NCBI GenBank assembly: GCA_963822445.1
Contig: CAWGHO010000003.1
Span: 1,696,001-1,760,000, forward strand
Direction of reading: 5' to 3'
DNA: 64,000 bases
DNA from: an uncultured Acidobacteriota bacterium
GTDB lineage: Bacteria > Acidobacteriota > Thermoanaerobaculia > Gp7-AA8
A program made the translations under genes and the position numbers. Positions 20,807-31,174 of this stretch are shown piece after piece; positions within the stretch are counted from its first letter, which is position 1; each line of letters starts with the position of its first letter. The notes below the pieces were generated by a model. It was not told the origin of the DNA. It was given only the letters and a program-made list of their open reading frames with translations, and ran no database searches.

Positions 20807-21917
20807 CTTCAAGCCTCTCCGGATCGGCCTCATCCCCATGCAGGTAGCACCGCGCAGCCTGTCCCGGATCGACCGGCATCAGCGCCGGTTCGTTGCCGAG
20901 GCAGATGTCCATGACGTCCGGACAGCGCGGGTTGAACTTGCAACCCTGCGGCAGATTGCTGATCGGCGGGACCATGCCTTTGATCGTTGCCAGGCGGTTC
21001 GGCGGCGGGTTGTACGAGTCAGGTGGCGCAGACACTCCTGTCTGCGCAGGCGCTACGACATCCTTGTCGACGATGCTCGGCAGCGATTTCAAAAGTCCGC
21101 GCGTGTACGGGTGCGAGGGATTCGAGAAGAGCTTCGTCACCGGCGCTTCTTCGACCACCCGGCCGGTGTACATGACGATGATCCGCTCGCAGAACTCGGC
21201 GACGACGCCGAGGTCGTGGGTGATGAGCAGGATCGCCAGTCCGAGTCGCTTCTGCAGCGACTCGAGCAGCTCCATGATCTGCGCCTGGATCGTGACGTCG
21301 AGCGCGGTCGTCGGCTCGTCGGCGATCAACAGCTCGGGATCACACGAAAGCGCGATGGAGATCATCACCCGCTGGCGCATGCCGCCGGAGAGTTGATGCG
21401 GATAGTCATGCAGACGCTTGTGCGGATCGGGAATCGACACCAGCTCGAGCATGTCCCCGGCCTGCTTCCACGCTTCTTTCTTCCCGACTTTGCGATGGAT
21501 GCGGATCGCTTCCGCGACCTGCTCACCGATCTTGAAGACCGGGTTGAGCGACGTCATCGGCTCCTGGAAGACCATGGCGATGTCGTTGCCGCGCACGGCC
21601 CGCATCTCCCGTTCCGGGATCTTGACGAGGTCGCGGCCTTTGAAGCGGATCTCGCCGCCGCTGATCTTTCCCGGCGACGCGACCAGCCGCATGATCGACA
21701 TCGCGGTCACGCTCTTGCCGCAGCCCGACTCGCCGACCAGCGCCACGGCCTCGCCCCTGCGCACGTTGAAAGAGATGTTGTCGACCGCGTGCACTTTGCC
21801 GCCGTCGCTCCCGTAAAACGTCGTGCGCAGGTTCTTGACCTCGAGCAGCGCCTCGGCCGGGTTCACGTCCACATCCGCGACAGCGGCACCGCTCATCCCA
21901 ACAGGCTGTTCCGTCAC
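20793..21917 (-). CDS. Peptide ABC ATP-binding protein (OppD-like)
   Basis: [24 protein letters not shown] and GCKFNPRCP motifs; GTG start inferred from the TG-C-TACCAT box. Confidence 0.93.
   Translation of the reverse strand: MTEQPVGMSGAAVADVDVNPAEALLEVKNLRTTFYGSDGGKVHAVDNISFNVRRGEAVALVGESGCGKSVTAMSIMRLVASPGKISGGEIRFKGRDLVKIPEREMRAVRGNDIAMVFQEPMTSLNPVFKIGEQVAEAIRIHRKVGKKEAWKQAGDMLELVSIPDPHKRLHDYPHQLSGGMRQRVMISIALSCDPELLIADEPTTALDVTIQAQIMELLESLQKRLGLAILLITHDLGVVAEFCERIIVMYTGRVVEEAPVTKLFSNPSHPYTRGLLKSLPSIVDKDVVAPAQTGVSAPPDSYNPPPNRLATIKGMVPPISNLPQGCKFNPRCPDVMDICLGNEPALMPVDPGQAARCYLHGDEADPERLEGIEN
21023..21056. repeat. REP-like palindrome inside the OppD-like coding sequence
   Basis: GTGG then gcgcagaca-ctcc-tgtctgcgc (9-bp perfect stem), closing with gcgctac. 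Confidence 0.65.
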
Positions 21918-21940
21918 GCGCGGGGATGGTAGCAAGAACG

Positions 21941-23590
21941 TTACCGCCTCACGAACCGGCTCAAGGTCGAGCGCACTTCCGGTACGCCCAGAGCGAAGGC
22001 AACGCCGAAGTAGATGACGCCGAACACGCCGCAGGCGAGGATGGCCTCGGAGTACTGCTGCAGCGGCAACCGCAGGTCGAGCAGGTCGATCGCCAGTGCG
22101 GCAAAACCGGCCAGGAATGCCGAGATCCAGAGCTTCGCGTAGAACCCCCACTTCGGCTGTCCCTCGCCCACCCGCTTTCGAACGGCGGCGCGAAGAAGGA
22201 TGAATTCGATCCAGGCTGCGAACGCCGAGGCCGTGCTGATGCCGACCACGCCGAGGGCGGTGAATCCGCCGAGTCGCTGCGGCACGGGCAAGCCGAGGCC
22301 GGCGACGATTGCGGCGAACATCGGCCGCAGCGGAAAGGCAAAAAGGAGGGCGAGCGCAGCGCCGCCGATCACGCGCGCGACGGCGATGCGAAACGGCGTC
22401 TTGGTGTCATGCAGCGCATAGAGAGTGGATGAGTAAAGACGGCCGAGGGTCGCGGCGAGGAGTCCGAGCGATGCGCCGACGAGGACGTACCAGACCAGCG
22501 ACGTCGTGTCTGGAATGAACTCTCCCCTCTCGTACAACGCGCGAATCAGAAGCCGGCCGATGAGGATGAACGCGACCACGGTCGGAATCACGAAGAACGC
22601 GACCTGCCGCAGGCTCCGATCGAGGCGCTTGCGGATCGCGGTATGGATCTCTTCCTCCGAACCGGTCTCGCTGGCCATCTGCGGCAGCTCGGCGTTGGCG
22701 ATGGCCATTCCGAACACCGAGATCGGCAGCATGTAAATCGCCTGCGCGTACAGAAGACTGGAGACCGCGCCGCTGGCGATGTGCGTCGCGAGCAGGACGT
22801 CGACGTATCCGCTGATCTGCACCACGCCGCGGCCGCCGATGACCGGAACGATGTTCCGAAAGATCGTGCGAACCGGCTCGAGCGCGCGATCGAAGCCGAA
22901 GGAAAGATGCTTCGAGTGTTTCAGTACGAACGGGATCTCGATCGCGAACTGCAGCGCGCAGCCGATCAGCGTCCCCCAGGCCAGCGCCACCGCGAGCGGC
23001 GCGCCCCGCATGCGCATCCCGAAGATCACCATCGTCGCGATCATGGCCGCGCTCCACAGCACGGGCGCGACGTAACCTATGAAGAACTGGCGATGGGAGT
23101 TGAGGATGCCGAGGGCCCAGGCGTAGAGGACGAGCAGGCCGACGCCGGGAAAGATGATCCGCGTCAATTTCACGGCGAGGGCCATCACGTCCGGCTCCAG
23201 ACCGCCGGCGGTGATCTGCAGAATGACCGGCGTGGCGATCACGCCGATGATCACGATCACCGTGACGCCGAGGGCGAGGAAGGAGGCGAAAACTCCGGCG
23301 ACGCGGCCGGCCAGACGCTCCTCCCCTTTCGCAAGCAGTCGCGAATAAACGGGGATGAACGCCGCGGACAGCACGCCTTCACCGAACATGTTCTGGAGGA
23401 AGTTCGGGACCTTCAGCGCGACGTTGAACGCGTCCGCGGCGGACGACGCGCCGAAGTAGCGGGCGAAGACGACCGTGCGGATCAGGCCGGCGACACGACT
23501 GAGAAGAATGCCCGCCGCAACGAGGATCGCGTAACCGCCGAAACGGGCCGCGCGCGGCTGCGGTGGTGGTACTGGAAGGGCCTCCGACAC
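21941..23590 (-). CDS. murJ: Lipid II flippase MurJ
   Basis: SRVAGL-R, ADAF-VA-PN-L-FGEG-LSAAFIP and LYERGEF motifs; many TM helices. Confidence 0.92.
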   Translation of the reverse strand: MSEALPVPPPQPRAARFGGYAILVAAGILLSRVAGLIRTVVFARYFGASSAADAFNVALKVPNFLQNMFGEGVLSAAFIPVYSRLLAKGEERLAGRVAGVFASFLALGVTVIVIIGVIATPVILQITAGGLEPDVMALAVKLTRIIFPGVGLLVLYAWALGILNSHRQFFIGYVAPVLWSAAMIATMVIFGMRMRGAPLAVALAWGTLIGCALQFAIEIPFVLKHSKHLSFGFDRALEPVRTIFRNIVPVIGGRGVVQISGYVDVLLATHIASGAVSSLLYAQAIYMLPISVFGMAIANAELPQMASETGSEEEIHTAIRKRLDRSLRQVAFFVIPTVVAFILIGRLLIRALYERGEFIPDTTSLVWYVLVGASLGLLAATLGRLYSSTLYALHDTKTPFRIAVARVIGGAALALLFAFPLRPMFAAIVAGLGLPVPQRLGGFTALGVVGISTASAFAAWIEFILLRAAVRKRVGEGQPKWGFYAKLWISAFLAGFAALAIDLLDLRLPLQQYSEAILACGVFGVIYFGVAFALGVPEVRSTLSRFVRR

Positions 23591-23615
23591 GGCGGGATAA
23601 GATACTTTGCTTTCG

Positions 23616-24761
23616 ATGTCAGACACCCGACCCATCCTCATTGCAGGCGCGGGACCATCCGGTCTCGCCGCGGCAATCTCCCTCGCTCGCGCCGGGCGTG
23701 CCGTGGAAGTGCATGAAGCGAAGAAGGATGTAGGCACGCGCTTCATCGGCGACATCCAGATCATCGAGGGGTCGTCGGAGACCGAGCCGGTGCCCGATTT
23801 TCTCGATCGCATCGGCATCGAGCGCAACTTCTATTTCCGACCCGCGACCTGGGCCACGTTCTTCGACCACCGCAACAACGCCCGCACCATCAAGAGCCGC
23901 GATCCGTACGGCTACTTCATCCGCCGCGGCGCGGAAGAAACGACCCTCGATCGCGGACTGCTCGCCCAGGCCCGTGAACACGGCGCGAAGGTGATCTTCA
24001 ACAGCAGACTCGCGCCAGAGCAGGCGGATGTCGTGGCCACCGGTCCCGCCGCTCCGGACGGACTGGCGCGGGAGATGACCTGGAAGACCGACGAGCCGGA
24101 ACGGGTCGACGTCTACTTCAATCATCTGCTCGCGCCGGGCGGCTACGCGTACCTGTTCATCCTCGACGGCATCGCCACGTTCGGCTGCGCAATCGTCGCG
24201 GACTTCAAGAAGATCGACGACTACTTCGATCACTCCCTCGCCGCCGCGCAGAAGCTGCATCGATTCGAGATCCCCGCCGAGACCCGCACCGGCTACTCGT
24301 ACATGAACTTTCATCTGAAGCAGAGCGCGACCCGCGGCGAAGCGCGTTACGTCGGCGAGGCGGCCGGCTTTCAGGACTACCTGTTCGGACTCGGCATCCG
24401 CTACGCGCTCACCAGCGGCTGGCTCGCGGCGCGAAGCATTCTCGAGGAGCGCAGCTTCGACGAGCTCTGGACGCGCGAGCTCGGCGCGAAGCAGGAAACG
24501 AGTCTCGTCAATCGCTTTCTGTACGAGGCCGGCGGCAACAACGGCCTGTCGATGTTCGTCTGGCAGGCCTCGCGCGCGAAGGACTTCAACGGCTACCTGC
24601 GCGGCTGGCACAAGCGGACCTGGTGGAAGACGCTGCTCTCGCCGGTGGTGCGTCGGTTCTGGCGCCATCGCGGCCGCTGCCTGCACAAACCGCACGAGCA
24701 CTGGTGCCGCTCCCGCGACACCGAGATCAAAGTCCCGCCCCTCGGCCCGCTCACGCAATGA
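23616..24761 (+). CDS. FAD-dependent oxidoreductase (geranylgeranyl-reductase-like)
   Basis: GAGPSG Rossmann motif; PGGYAY; VGEAAG-QD-GI-AL-SG. Confidence 0.85.
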   Translation: MSDTRPILIAGAGPSGLAAAISLARAGRAVEVHEAKKDVGTRFIGDIQIIEGSSETEPVPDFLDRIGIERNFYFRPATWATFFDHRNNARTIKSRDPYGYFIRRGAEETTLDRGLLAQAREHGAKVIFNSRLAPEQADVVATGPAAPDGLAREMTWKTDEPERVDVYFNHLLAPGGYAYLFILDGIATFGCAIVADFKKIDDYFDHSLAAAQKLHRFEIPAETRTGYSYMNFHLKQSATRGEARYVGEAAGFQDYLFGLGIRYALTSGWLAARSILEERSFDELWTRELGAKQETSLVNRFLYEAGGNNGLSMFVWQASRAKDFNGYLRGWHKRTWWKTLLSPVVRRFWRHRGRCLHKPHEHWCRSRDTEIKVPPLGPLTQ

Positions 24762-25606
24762 CGACAGTCGACGAGGCTTACCGCTACTGCCGCGCGATCG
24801 CGCACAAGCACGGAGCGAACTTTTCCGTCGGCTTCCGCTTCCTGCCGCCGGCGAAGCGGCGCGCGGTGTATGCGGCGTATGCGTTTTGCCGGGTTGCGGA
24901 TGACATTGCGGATGAGCCGGGCGAACGAATCACCGAACGCCTCGACGCCTGGCAATCCGAGCTCGAAGCCTGCTACGCCGGCCATCCTTCGCATCCCATC
25001 ACCATCGCTCTCGCCGACGCCCTCACCCGCTACGACATCCCTAAAAACGCGTTCATCGCGTTGATCGACGGCTGCCGCCAGGACATGGTCAAGACGCGCT
25101 ACGAGACGTTCGAGGAGTTGCTCCAGTACTGCGATCTCGTCGCGACTTCCATCTCCGACATCTCCCTCTCGATTTACGGCTATCGCACCGCGGCCGCGCC
25201 GGAGTACGGGCGCAATCTCGCCACTGCGCTGCAGCTCACCAACGTGACCCGCGACATCGGCGACGACCTTCCTCGCGATCGCATCTACATCCCCCGCGAA
25301 GAGCTCCGCCGCTTCAACGTCACCGAGCAGGAGCTGTTCGCGCGAGCGGAAAACGATCGGGTCCGCGCCCTCATCGAATTCCAGATCGAGCGGGCCGAGG
25401 GGTACTTCCGGGCCGCGGAGCCGCTCCTGGGGGAGCTGTCCTTCGACGCCAGGTTTCCGACCCTGCTCATGGGTGGAATCTACGCAACCGTCCTCGGCAA
25501 ACTGCGCAAGGACCCGCTGATCGCCATCCGCCGGAGGCTCTCGCTTTCGAAGCTGCAGAAGGTGCTGGTCGTGGGCAGCCGCGTGCTCCGTCCACACTTT
25601 ATTTGA
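24758..25606 (+). CDS. Squalene/phytoene synthase family (HpnD/CrtB-like)
   Basis: YAFCR-ADDIAD and ALQLTN-RD-D-RIYIP motifs; ATGA overlap with the upstream gene. Confidence 0.92.
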   Translation: MTTVDEAYRYCRAIAHKHGANFSVGFRFLPPAKRRAVYAAYAFCRVADDIADEPGERITERLDAWQSELEACYAGHPSHPITIALADALTRYDIPKNAFIALIDGCRQDMVKTRYETFEELLQYCDLVATSISDISLSIYGYRTAAAPEYGRNLATALQLTNVTRDIGDDLPRDRIYIPREELRRFNVTEQELFARAENDRVRALIEFQIERAEGYFRAAEPLLGELSFDARFPTLLMGGIYATVLGKLRKDPLIAIRRRLSLSKLQKVLVVGSRVLRPHFI

Positions 25607-25641
25607 AACTCACAGATAATCAGGATCGTCTGACTGACGCG

Positions 25642-26379
25642 ATGAGGTGGGTGTTTTCGATCCTGGTGCTGTTTGGGGCGGCTGCGAACACCGCCGCGCA
25701 GCAGGACGTGACCTCGACGGCGGTCGTGCCCGTGGTCGGAAGCGTCTTCGGCGCGACCAACGTCCTCTGGAAAACGGACGTCGAGATCATCAACGAGACC
25801 GGCGGCGCGACCACAGTTGCGCTCGAACTGACGTCGGTTCCCGGCACGGCGCTCATCCTCGACCTTGCCCCGGGAGCCTCGCAGCGATTCAGCGACGTCG
25901 TGGGCCAGGCCTTCGGAGTCGATCTGGCGCTCTCCCCACTCCGCGTGACGACGATGGGCAGGCGATCGGTGACGGTGAAAGCGACCGCGTATGCCATCCG
26001 CGAAGGGACGATCTCGAAAACGCAATCGCTGGGGACGACCTACGGAACGGAGTACGCGCCGTTCCGGGCACTCGACGGACTCGCGTTCAGCGACGAAATG
26101 CGGACGAACATCGGTCTGGTGAACTTCAGCGACCGGCCGACAGACTTTCTGCTGGCCCTGCAACGTCTGCCCGGCCGCGACATGGCCGTCACCCGCGTCA
26201 ATGTGCCGGCGGAGTCGCTGCTGCACATCTCCATTCAGTCGCTTTTCCCTCTGATCACGAAAGGTGAGCATTTCCGCGTGGTCGTGGAGACGGTCGTGCG
26301 CGACACCTACGTCTACGCCTCGGTGATCGACAACGAGCACACGGGCACGTTCATCCAGCCGCGGGCCTCGTCGCGTTAG
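25642..26379 (+). CDS. Secreted hypothetical protein
   Basis: Signal peptide; WKTDV-I-N, RTNIGLVN and YASVIDN motifs. Confidence 0.7.
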   Translation: MRWVFSILVLFGAAANTAAQQDVTSTAVVPVVGSVFGATNVLWKTDVEIINETGGATTVALELTSVPGTALILDLAPGASQRFSDVVGQAFGVDLALSPLRVTTMGRRSVTVKATAYAIREGTISKTQSLGTTYGTEYAPFRALDGLAFSDEMRTNIGLVNFSDRPTDFLLALQRLPGRDMAVTRVNVPAESLLHISIQSLFPLITKGEHFRVVVETVVRDTYVYASVIDNEHTGTFIQPRASSR

Positions 26380-26485
26380 GTGGACACATCGTCGTCGGCC
26401 GGTGACACGATGCCTCGCAAATCGCTGATTTCAGGCGGTAAATGACGGCACGAGAGCGGCTACGAAGCGGCGGCGAGGTGATCGC

Positions 26486-27880
26486 TTGAAACATCGTTCG
26501 CAGCTCCTCTCCCTCCTCCTCCTTCTTCTTCTCACCGTTCCCCTCGCCGCTCAATCCGTCCAGGACGCGCTGACCATCGAAGTGGTCGACGTGCCGGTTT
26601 TCGTGACGCGCGGCGATCAACCGGTCGCGGGACTCAGCGCGGACGACTTCGAGCTGTTCGTGAACGGCAAACCGCAGGCGATCGACTACTTCGATGTGTC
26701 TGGATCGAGTGACGCGTCGTCACTCCGCGAGCGGCGGATGTTCGTGATCGTGCTCGATCTCGCGTTCTCGTCGCCGCACTCGGTCCGCCGCGCGCAGGAA
26801 GCAGCCGCGGAGATGATCGCCAAGGCCCCGGCCGGCGATCTGTTCGCGATCGCAACGTTCTCGTCGCGCCGCGCGGTGTGGTTCGCGACTCCTTTCACCT
26901 CCGATCGCGTTGCCCTGGCCCGCGGAATCGGAAGCCTGACGTCGTCGAAGTCCGGCGATCCGCTGGCAATTGTCCTCACCGCTTCGGAGCGTGCAGCGAT
27001 CGAGCCCCAGACTGGCGTGGTCGATCGCATCTCCGGCGATGCGATGCGCGACATCTGGCACACGCAGTTCGCGCGCGCCGCCGAGCATCAGATTCTGAGC
27101 TTCAAGGACCTCGCCGACCGGCTGGCGGCGCTGCAGGGTCAGAAGCACGTGGTCGTGCTGTCCGACGGCTACGCCGCTCAGCATCCGCGATTCGAGAGCT
27201 TTGGCGTTCCGTATCACGTGCTGCAGGAGATGTACGAGGCCTTTCAAAGCGGCGACATCCTCCTGCACACGGTCGACCTGAACGGCGTGCAGCAGATGCG
27301 CGGCAGCGACTCGTTGCGGATCCTCTCGAACGGCACCGGCGGCCAGACCGTGAGCAACCGCAACGATCTCGGCGAAGGTCTCGTCGAGCTCGCGAGCACC
27401 TACCGCAACGGCTATCTCCTCGGATTCAAGCCCGGCGCGGTGAAGGCCGGTCACAACAGGATCGAAGTGAAGGTGAAGGATCTTCCGCGCGGCACCACGG
27501 TGCAGTACCGCAAAGGCTTCTCCGGCACGCCACGGCAATTCGACGTGAACGAAGGCCTGTATCTCGCCGACGTCGTGCTGAATGACGTACCGCAGACCGG
27601 CACCGCGGCCGCGCTGAATCTCACCGGAGACAAGCTGGAAGTGCGCGTGCCGATGCGACCGCTGGCCGCGCAGCTCGGAATGGGCGGCAAGGCGGAGCTG
27701 ATGATCTACATCTTCGGCGCCGACGGCGTGGCCCTCGGCTTCCATCGTCAGACGATCGACGTGCCCTCCGACGCAACGGGCGAAAAAACGTTCTCGATCG
27801 AGATGCCCGCCGGCGCCAGGGTCGCGAAAGCGCTGCTGCGCGTCGATGACTCGCTCGGCTTCAGTCGAACGGGCGCGTAA
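26486..27880 (+). CDS. Secreted VWA-domain protein (acidobacterial type)
   Basis: VVDVPVFVT-G-PV-GL-DF; KHVVVLSDG; TGG; YLLGFKP. Confidence 0.82.
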   Translation: MKHRSQLLSLLLLLLLTVPLAAQSVQDALTIEVVDVPVFVTRGDQPVAGLSADDFELFVNGKPQAIDYFDVSGSSDASSLRERRMFVIVLDLAFSSPHSVRRAQEAAAEMIAKAPAGDLFAIATFSSRRAVWFATPFTSDRVALARGIGSLTSSKSGDPLAIVLTASERAAIEPQTGVVDRISGDAMRDIWHTQFARAAEHQILSFKDLADRLAALQGQKHVVVLSDGYAAQHPRFESFGVPYHVLQEMYEAFQSGDILLHTVDLNGVQQMRGSDSLRILSNGTGGQTVSNRNDLGEGLVELASTYRNGYLLGFKPGAVKAGHNRIEVKVKDLPRGTTVQYRKGFSGTPRQFDVNEGLYLADVVLNDVPQTGTAAALNLTGDKLEVRVPMRPLAAQLGMGGKAELMIYIFGADGVALGFHRQTIDVPSDATGEKTFSIEMPAGARVAKALLRVDDSLGFSRTGA

Positions 27881-27888
27881 CCGCTCTT

Positions 27889-27974
27889 TGTCATCCCGAG
27901 CGAAGTCGAGGGACCTGGGCGCGAGCCGCGCGCCACCCTTCCACCGGGTCCCTCGACTCACGCTCGGGATGACA
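27889..27974. repeat. TGTCATCCCGAG-family palindromic element
   Basis: tgtcatcccgagcgaagtcgagggacc ... ggtccctcgactcacgctcgggatgaca. Confidence 0.85.
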
Positions 27975-27999
27975 GCCGTTCGCGTTATCCTTCGCCTTC

Positions 28000-28158
28000 A
28001 TGGATGAGCCCGAGTATCTGATCTGTCTGCAGTGCGAAACGCCGACCTATCAGTTCGAGTACGTGAACGGAAAACTGGCCACGATCGTCTGCACGACCTG
28101 CGGCAACGATGACGTGTCCGAGTTCATGACCGAAGCCGAGCTGGAGGAAATGAGCTAG
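28000..28158 (+). CDS. 52-aa zinc-ribbon protein (absent from the ORF track)
   Basis: MDEPEYLICLQCETPTYQFEYVNGKLATIVCTTCGNDDVSEFMTEAELEEMS; two CxxC motifs; stop overlaps the udk start. Confidence 0.8.
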   Translation: MDEPEYLICLQCETPTYQFEYVNGKLATIVCTTCGNDDVSEFMTEAELEEMS

Positions 28159-28772
28159 TGCGGCCGGTCATCATCGGCATCGCCGGCGGCACGGGCTCAG
28201 GCAAGACCACCGTTGCACGCGCGATCTACGACCGCGTCGGCAAAGACAAGATCGAGTGGATCTCGCACGACTCCTACTACCGCGACTTCGACGGGCTCTC
28301 CGTCGAAGAGCGCCATCACATCAACTTCGATCATCCCGACTCGCTCGAGACGGAGCTGCTGGCGCGCCATCTCGACGTGCTGGTCAAAGGCTCGTCGGTC
28401 GAGATTCCGATCTACGACTTCACCACTCACGCGAGAAAGATCGAGACGCACCGGGTCGAATCGCGGAAGGTGATCATCGTCGAAGGCATCCTGGTGATGT
28501 ACGAGCCGGAGCTGCGCAAGCGGATCGACATCAAGCTGTACGTCGACACGCCGGCCGACATCCGCTTCGTCCGCCGACTGATGCGCGACATCAAAACGCG
28601 CGGACGGACCGTGGAGTCGGTGATCGAGCAATACGTGACGACCGTGCGCCCGATGCACGAGGAGTTCGTGGAGCCATCAAAGCGCTACGCCGATCTGATC
28701 ATCCCCGAGGGGGGTGAGAATCTCGTGGCCATCGACGCGATCATCGCCCGGGTGGAAGGGTTGTTGGCCTGA
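28158..28772 (+). CDS. udk: Uridine kinase
   Basis: IGIAGGTGSGKTT, NFDHP, YDF, RD-RGR and PMHEEFVEPSK motifs. Confidence 0.96.
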   Translation: MRPVIIGIAGGTGSGKTTVARAIYDRVGKDKIEWISHDSYYRDFDGLSVEERHHINFDHPDSLETELLARHLDVLVKGSSVEIPIYDFTTHARKIETHRVESRKVIIVEGILVMYEPELRKRIDIKLYVDTPADIRFVRRLMRDIKTRGRTVESVIEQYVTTVRPMHEEFVEPSKRYADLIIPEGGENLVAIDAIIARVEGLLA

Positions 28773-28773
28773 C

Positions 28774-28849
28774 TGTCATCCTGAGCCCCGCAGAGGGAGA
28801 AGGACCTCCTGCCGAAGCACGGGATCCCTCGACTTCGCTCGGGACGACA
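28774..28849. repeat. TGTCATCCYGAG-family palindromic element
   Basis: tgtcatcctgagc ... gatccctcgacttcgctcgggacgaca; same family as 27889-27974. Confidence 0.8.
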
Positions 28850-28854
28850 CGCCG

Positions 28855-30969
28855 CTAATCGCCGCGTGTCGTCTGCCACCACATGAACCCCATCTCCTCG
28901 GCCAGGTTCTTCACCTGAACCGGCAGCGGCTCGCCGCCCGAGTGTCCCCCGGCCACGTGGTACCGCAGCAGAATCGGATCGCTGTCCCCGTCGATCGCCT
29001 GCATCAGTGCGGTCATCTTCCGCGCGTGCAACGGCGCGACGCGCGTGTCCGCATCGCCGGTGATGAAGAGCGTGGCCGGGTAGTTGACGCCCTGTTTCAC
29101 GCGGTGATACGGCGAGTAGCTGTACACCCACGCGAACTCGTCGGCCTTGTCCGGATCGCCGTACTCCGGCGTCCAGTAACCGCCGACCAGGAACTTGTGA
29201 TAGCGGACCATGTCGATCAATGGATAGCGGCAGACCACCGCTTCGACGAGCTCGGGACGCTGCGTAGCGACAGCCATCACCAGAAGTCCTCCGTTGCTCC
29301 CGCCGGCGATGCCGAGGTGCTCGGATGATGTGTAGCGCTCGCGGATCAGGTATTCACCGGCGGCGATGAAATCGTCGAACGTGTTCTGCTTGACCTCGCG
29401 CATCCCCGCCTTGTGCCAGGCCTCGCCGAACTCGCCGCCGCCGCGCAGATTCGGTACCGCGTACACGCCACCCTGCTCCGCCCACGCGATCGCGCGCGGC
29501 GAGAACGAAGGCAGTGAGCTCGATGTGAACCCGCCGTAGCCCGTGAGCCAGGTCGGGTTCTTTCCGTTGCGCTGCAGACCTTTCTTGTAGAGCACGAACA
29601 TCGGAATGCGCGTGCCGTCCTTCGACGCGTACCAGACCTGCTCGACGACGTAGTCCTCCGAGCGTACCGGCGCGTCGGTTCGGGCGAACACGGCGCGCGT
29701 CCCGGTGGCGACGTCGTATTGGTAAATGGTGGCCGGCACGTGGAAGGAGCTGAAGCTGAAGAACGCGACCGGTGTGTCCCACGTCCCGCTCACCGACGCG
29801 AGATTGCCGAGCGTCTCGAAGGAGATCTCCTCCTTCTTCGCGCCGCTGATGTCGTAACCGACGATTCGTGGCTTCACGTCTTCCAGATAGCTGACGTAGA
29901 CGCGATGTCCGGCGTTCGACGTTCCCTGGATGGCCGCCTTCGGGTTCTCCGGAACGATCTCCTTCCAGTTTTCAGGGCCGGGGTTCGCGGCGCTCACCAC
30001 CATGACCCGGTCGTTCGGCGCGTCCCAGTTGGTCTGAATGACGAGCGAGTCGCCGGCCATCTCCGCGGATGAACGGAAGTCGAGGTCATTGACCACGGTC
30101 TTGATCGGCGCGGCGTCGGTCAGATCGTCGACGTAGATCTCGGTCTTCTTCGGCGCGGAGCCATGAAAGACATGAATCAGGTGATACCGCCCGTCCTCGG
30201 ACAGGCTGTTGAACAGGATCTTGCTGCGGTTGTAGCCCTCGCCGAAGAGCTGCGTCTCCTCGCCACCGCTAAGCGCGCGGCGAAAGACGCGCGGGCCGTC
30301 CGGCATCATTCGAGTGAAGTAGATCGTCTGCCGGTCGGGCGCGATCGACGTTCCGTAGTAGCGCGCGATGGTCAAAGGCGCGCCGATGTCGCGCCGTGCG
30401 TCGACGTCGAAGAAACGGATCTCCACTTCGTCGGCGCCGCCCTTCCGCACGTAGTACGCGAGCGTCTTCCCGTCCGGTGCGACGTCGGAGATGCCGACGC
30501 TGGTCGTGTGATCGGCGCTCATCGGCGCGGGATCGATCAGGAGCTGGTCCGCGCCGTTCGCACCCTCGCGCATGTAAATCGAATACAGGTCCTCGCCCAC
30601 TTTCCGGCGCATGAAGAAGTAGCGTCCGCCGCGAGCCTGGGGCGTCGAGTACTGGTCTGTGCTCATGAGCTGGGTGAGCCTCGGGACAAACATCGACGGT
30701 TCCGGGCGGCTGCCGAGAACGGCGTCCGTGTAGTCGTTCTGGCGGGCGATCCAGGCGCGGGTCTCAGGGGATTCCTGATCCTCGAGCCAGCGGTAGGGGT
30801 CGGTGAGGCTGACGCCGTGGACCGTTTCCGAGACGGGTCGGGCTTCCGTCGCCGGAATCGCCGTTCTACTGGTTGTGGAAGGAGCCGTCGTTGGCGCATC
30901 CGTGACACTCGGGGTGGCACAGGCAGCCAGGAGCAGGAGAATCGCCGAAGTTATTCGCAGTCTCTGCAT
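28855..30969 (-). CDS. Prolyl oligopeptidase (S9A), probable lipoprotein
   Basis: DPYRWLED, GGSNGG nucleophile, DTRV, GGH; lipobox LAAC. Confidence 0.95.
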   Translation of the reverse strand: MQRLRITSAILLLLAACATPSVTDAPTTAPSTTSRTAIPATEARPVSETVHGVSLTDPYRWLEDQESPETRAWIARQNDYTDAVLGSRPEPSMFVPRLTQLMSTDQYSTPQARGGRYFFMRRKVGEDLYSIYMREGANGADQLLIDPAPMSADHTTSVGISDVAPDGKTLAYYVRKGGADEVEIRFFDVDARRDIGAPLTIARYYGTSIAPDRQTIYFTRMMPDGPRVFRRALSGGEETQLFGEGYNRSKILFNSLSEDGRYHLIHVFHGSAPKKTEIYVDDLTDAAPIKTVVNDLDFRSSAEMAGDSLVIQTNWDAPNDRVMVVSAANPGPENWKEIVPENPKAAIQGTSNAGHRVYVSYLEDVKPRIVGYDISGAKKEEISFETLGNLASVSGTWDTPVAFFSFSSFHVPATIYQYDVATGTRAVFARTDAPVRSEDYVVEQVWYASKDGTRIPMFVLYKKGLQRNGKNPTWLTGYGGFTSSSLPSFSPRAIAWAEQGGVYAVPNLRGGGEFGEAWHKAGMREVKQNTFDDFIAAGEYLIRERYTSSEHLGIAGGSNGGLLVMAVATQRPELVEAVVCRYPLIDMVRYHKFLVGGYWTPEYGDPDKADEFAWVYSYSPYHRVKQGVNYPATLFITGDADTRVAPLHARKMTALMQAIDGDSDPILLRYHVAGGHSGGEPLPVQVKNLAEEMGFMWWQTTRGD

Positions 30970-31083
30970 GTCCAGATTTCCTTTATAGCCGTGTAACTTA
31001 CAACAATTAACAGGAACTGCGGAATCGGCCGGGGTCGGGCCCGGTTGAACGCCCCACGGAACGAGGCAGGCCCTTCCAGCCGA

Positions 31084-31112
31084 TTGACCGGCCGGATGGG
31101 CGACCTTAAAAT
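31084..31112 (+). promoter_or_regulatory. Sigma70-type promoter of rpsU
   Basis: TTGACC-17 nt-TAAAAT. Confidence 0.75.
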
Positions 31113-31174
31113 AGTCGAGCCCACAGCAACTGCCCGCGTTTCTACAGCTCAAGCCGAAGGGGGGGAATCGGGGA

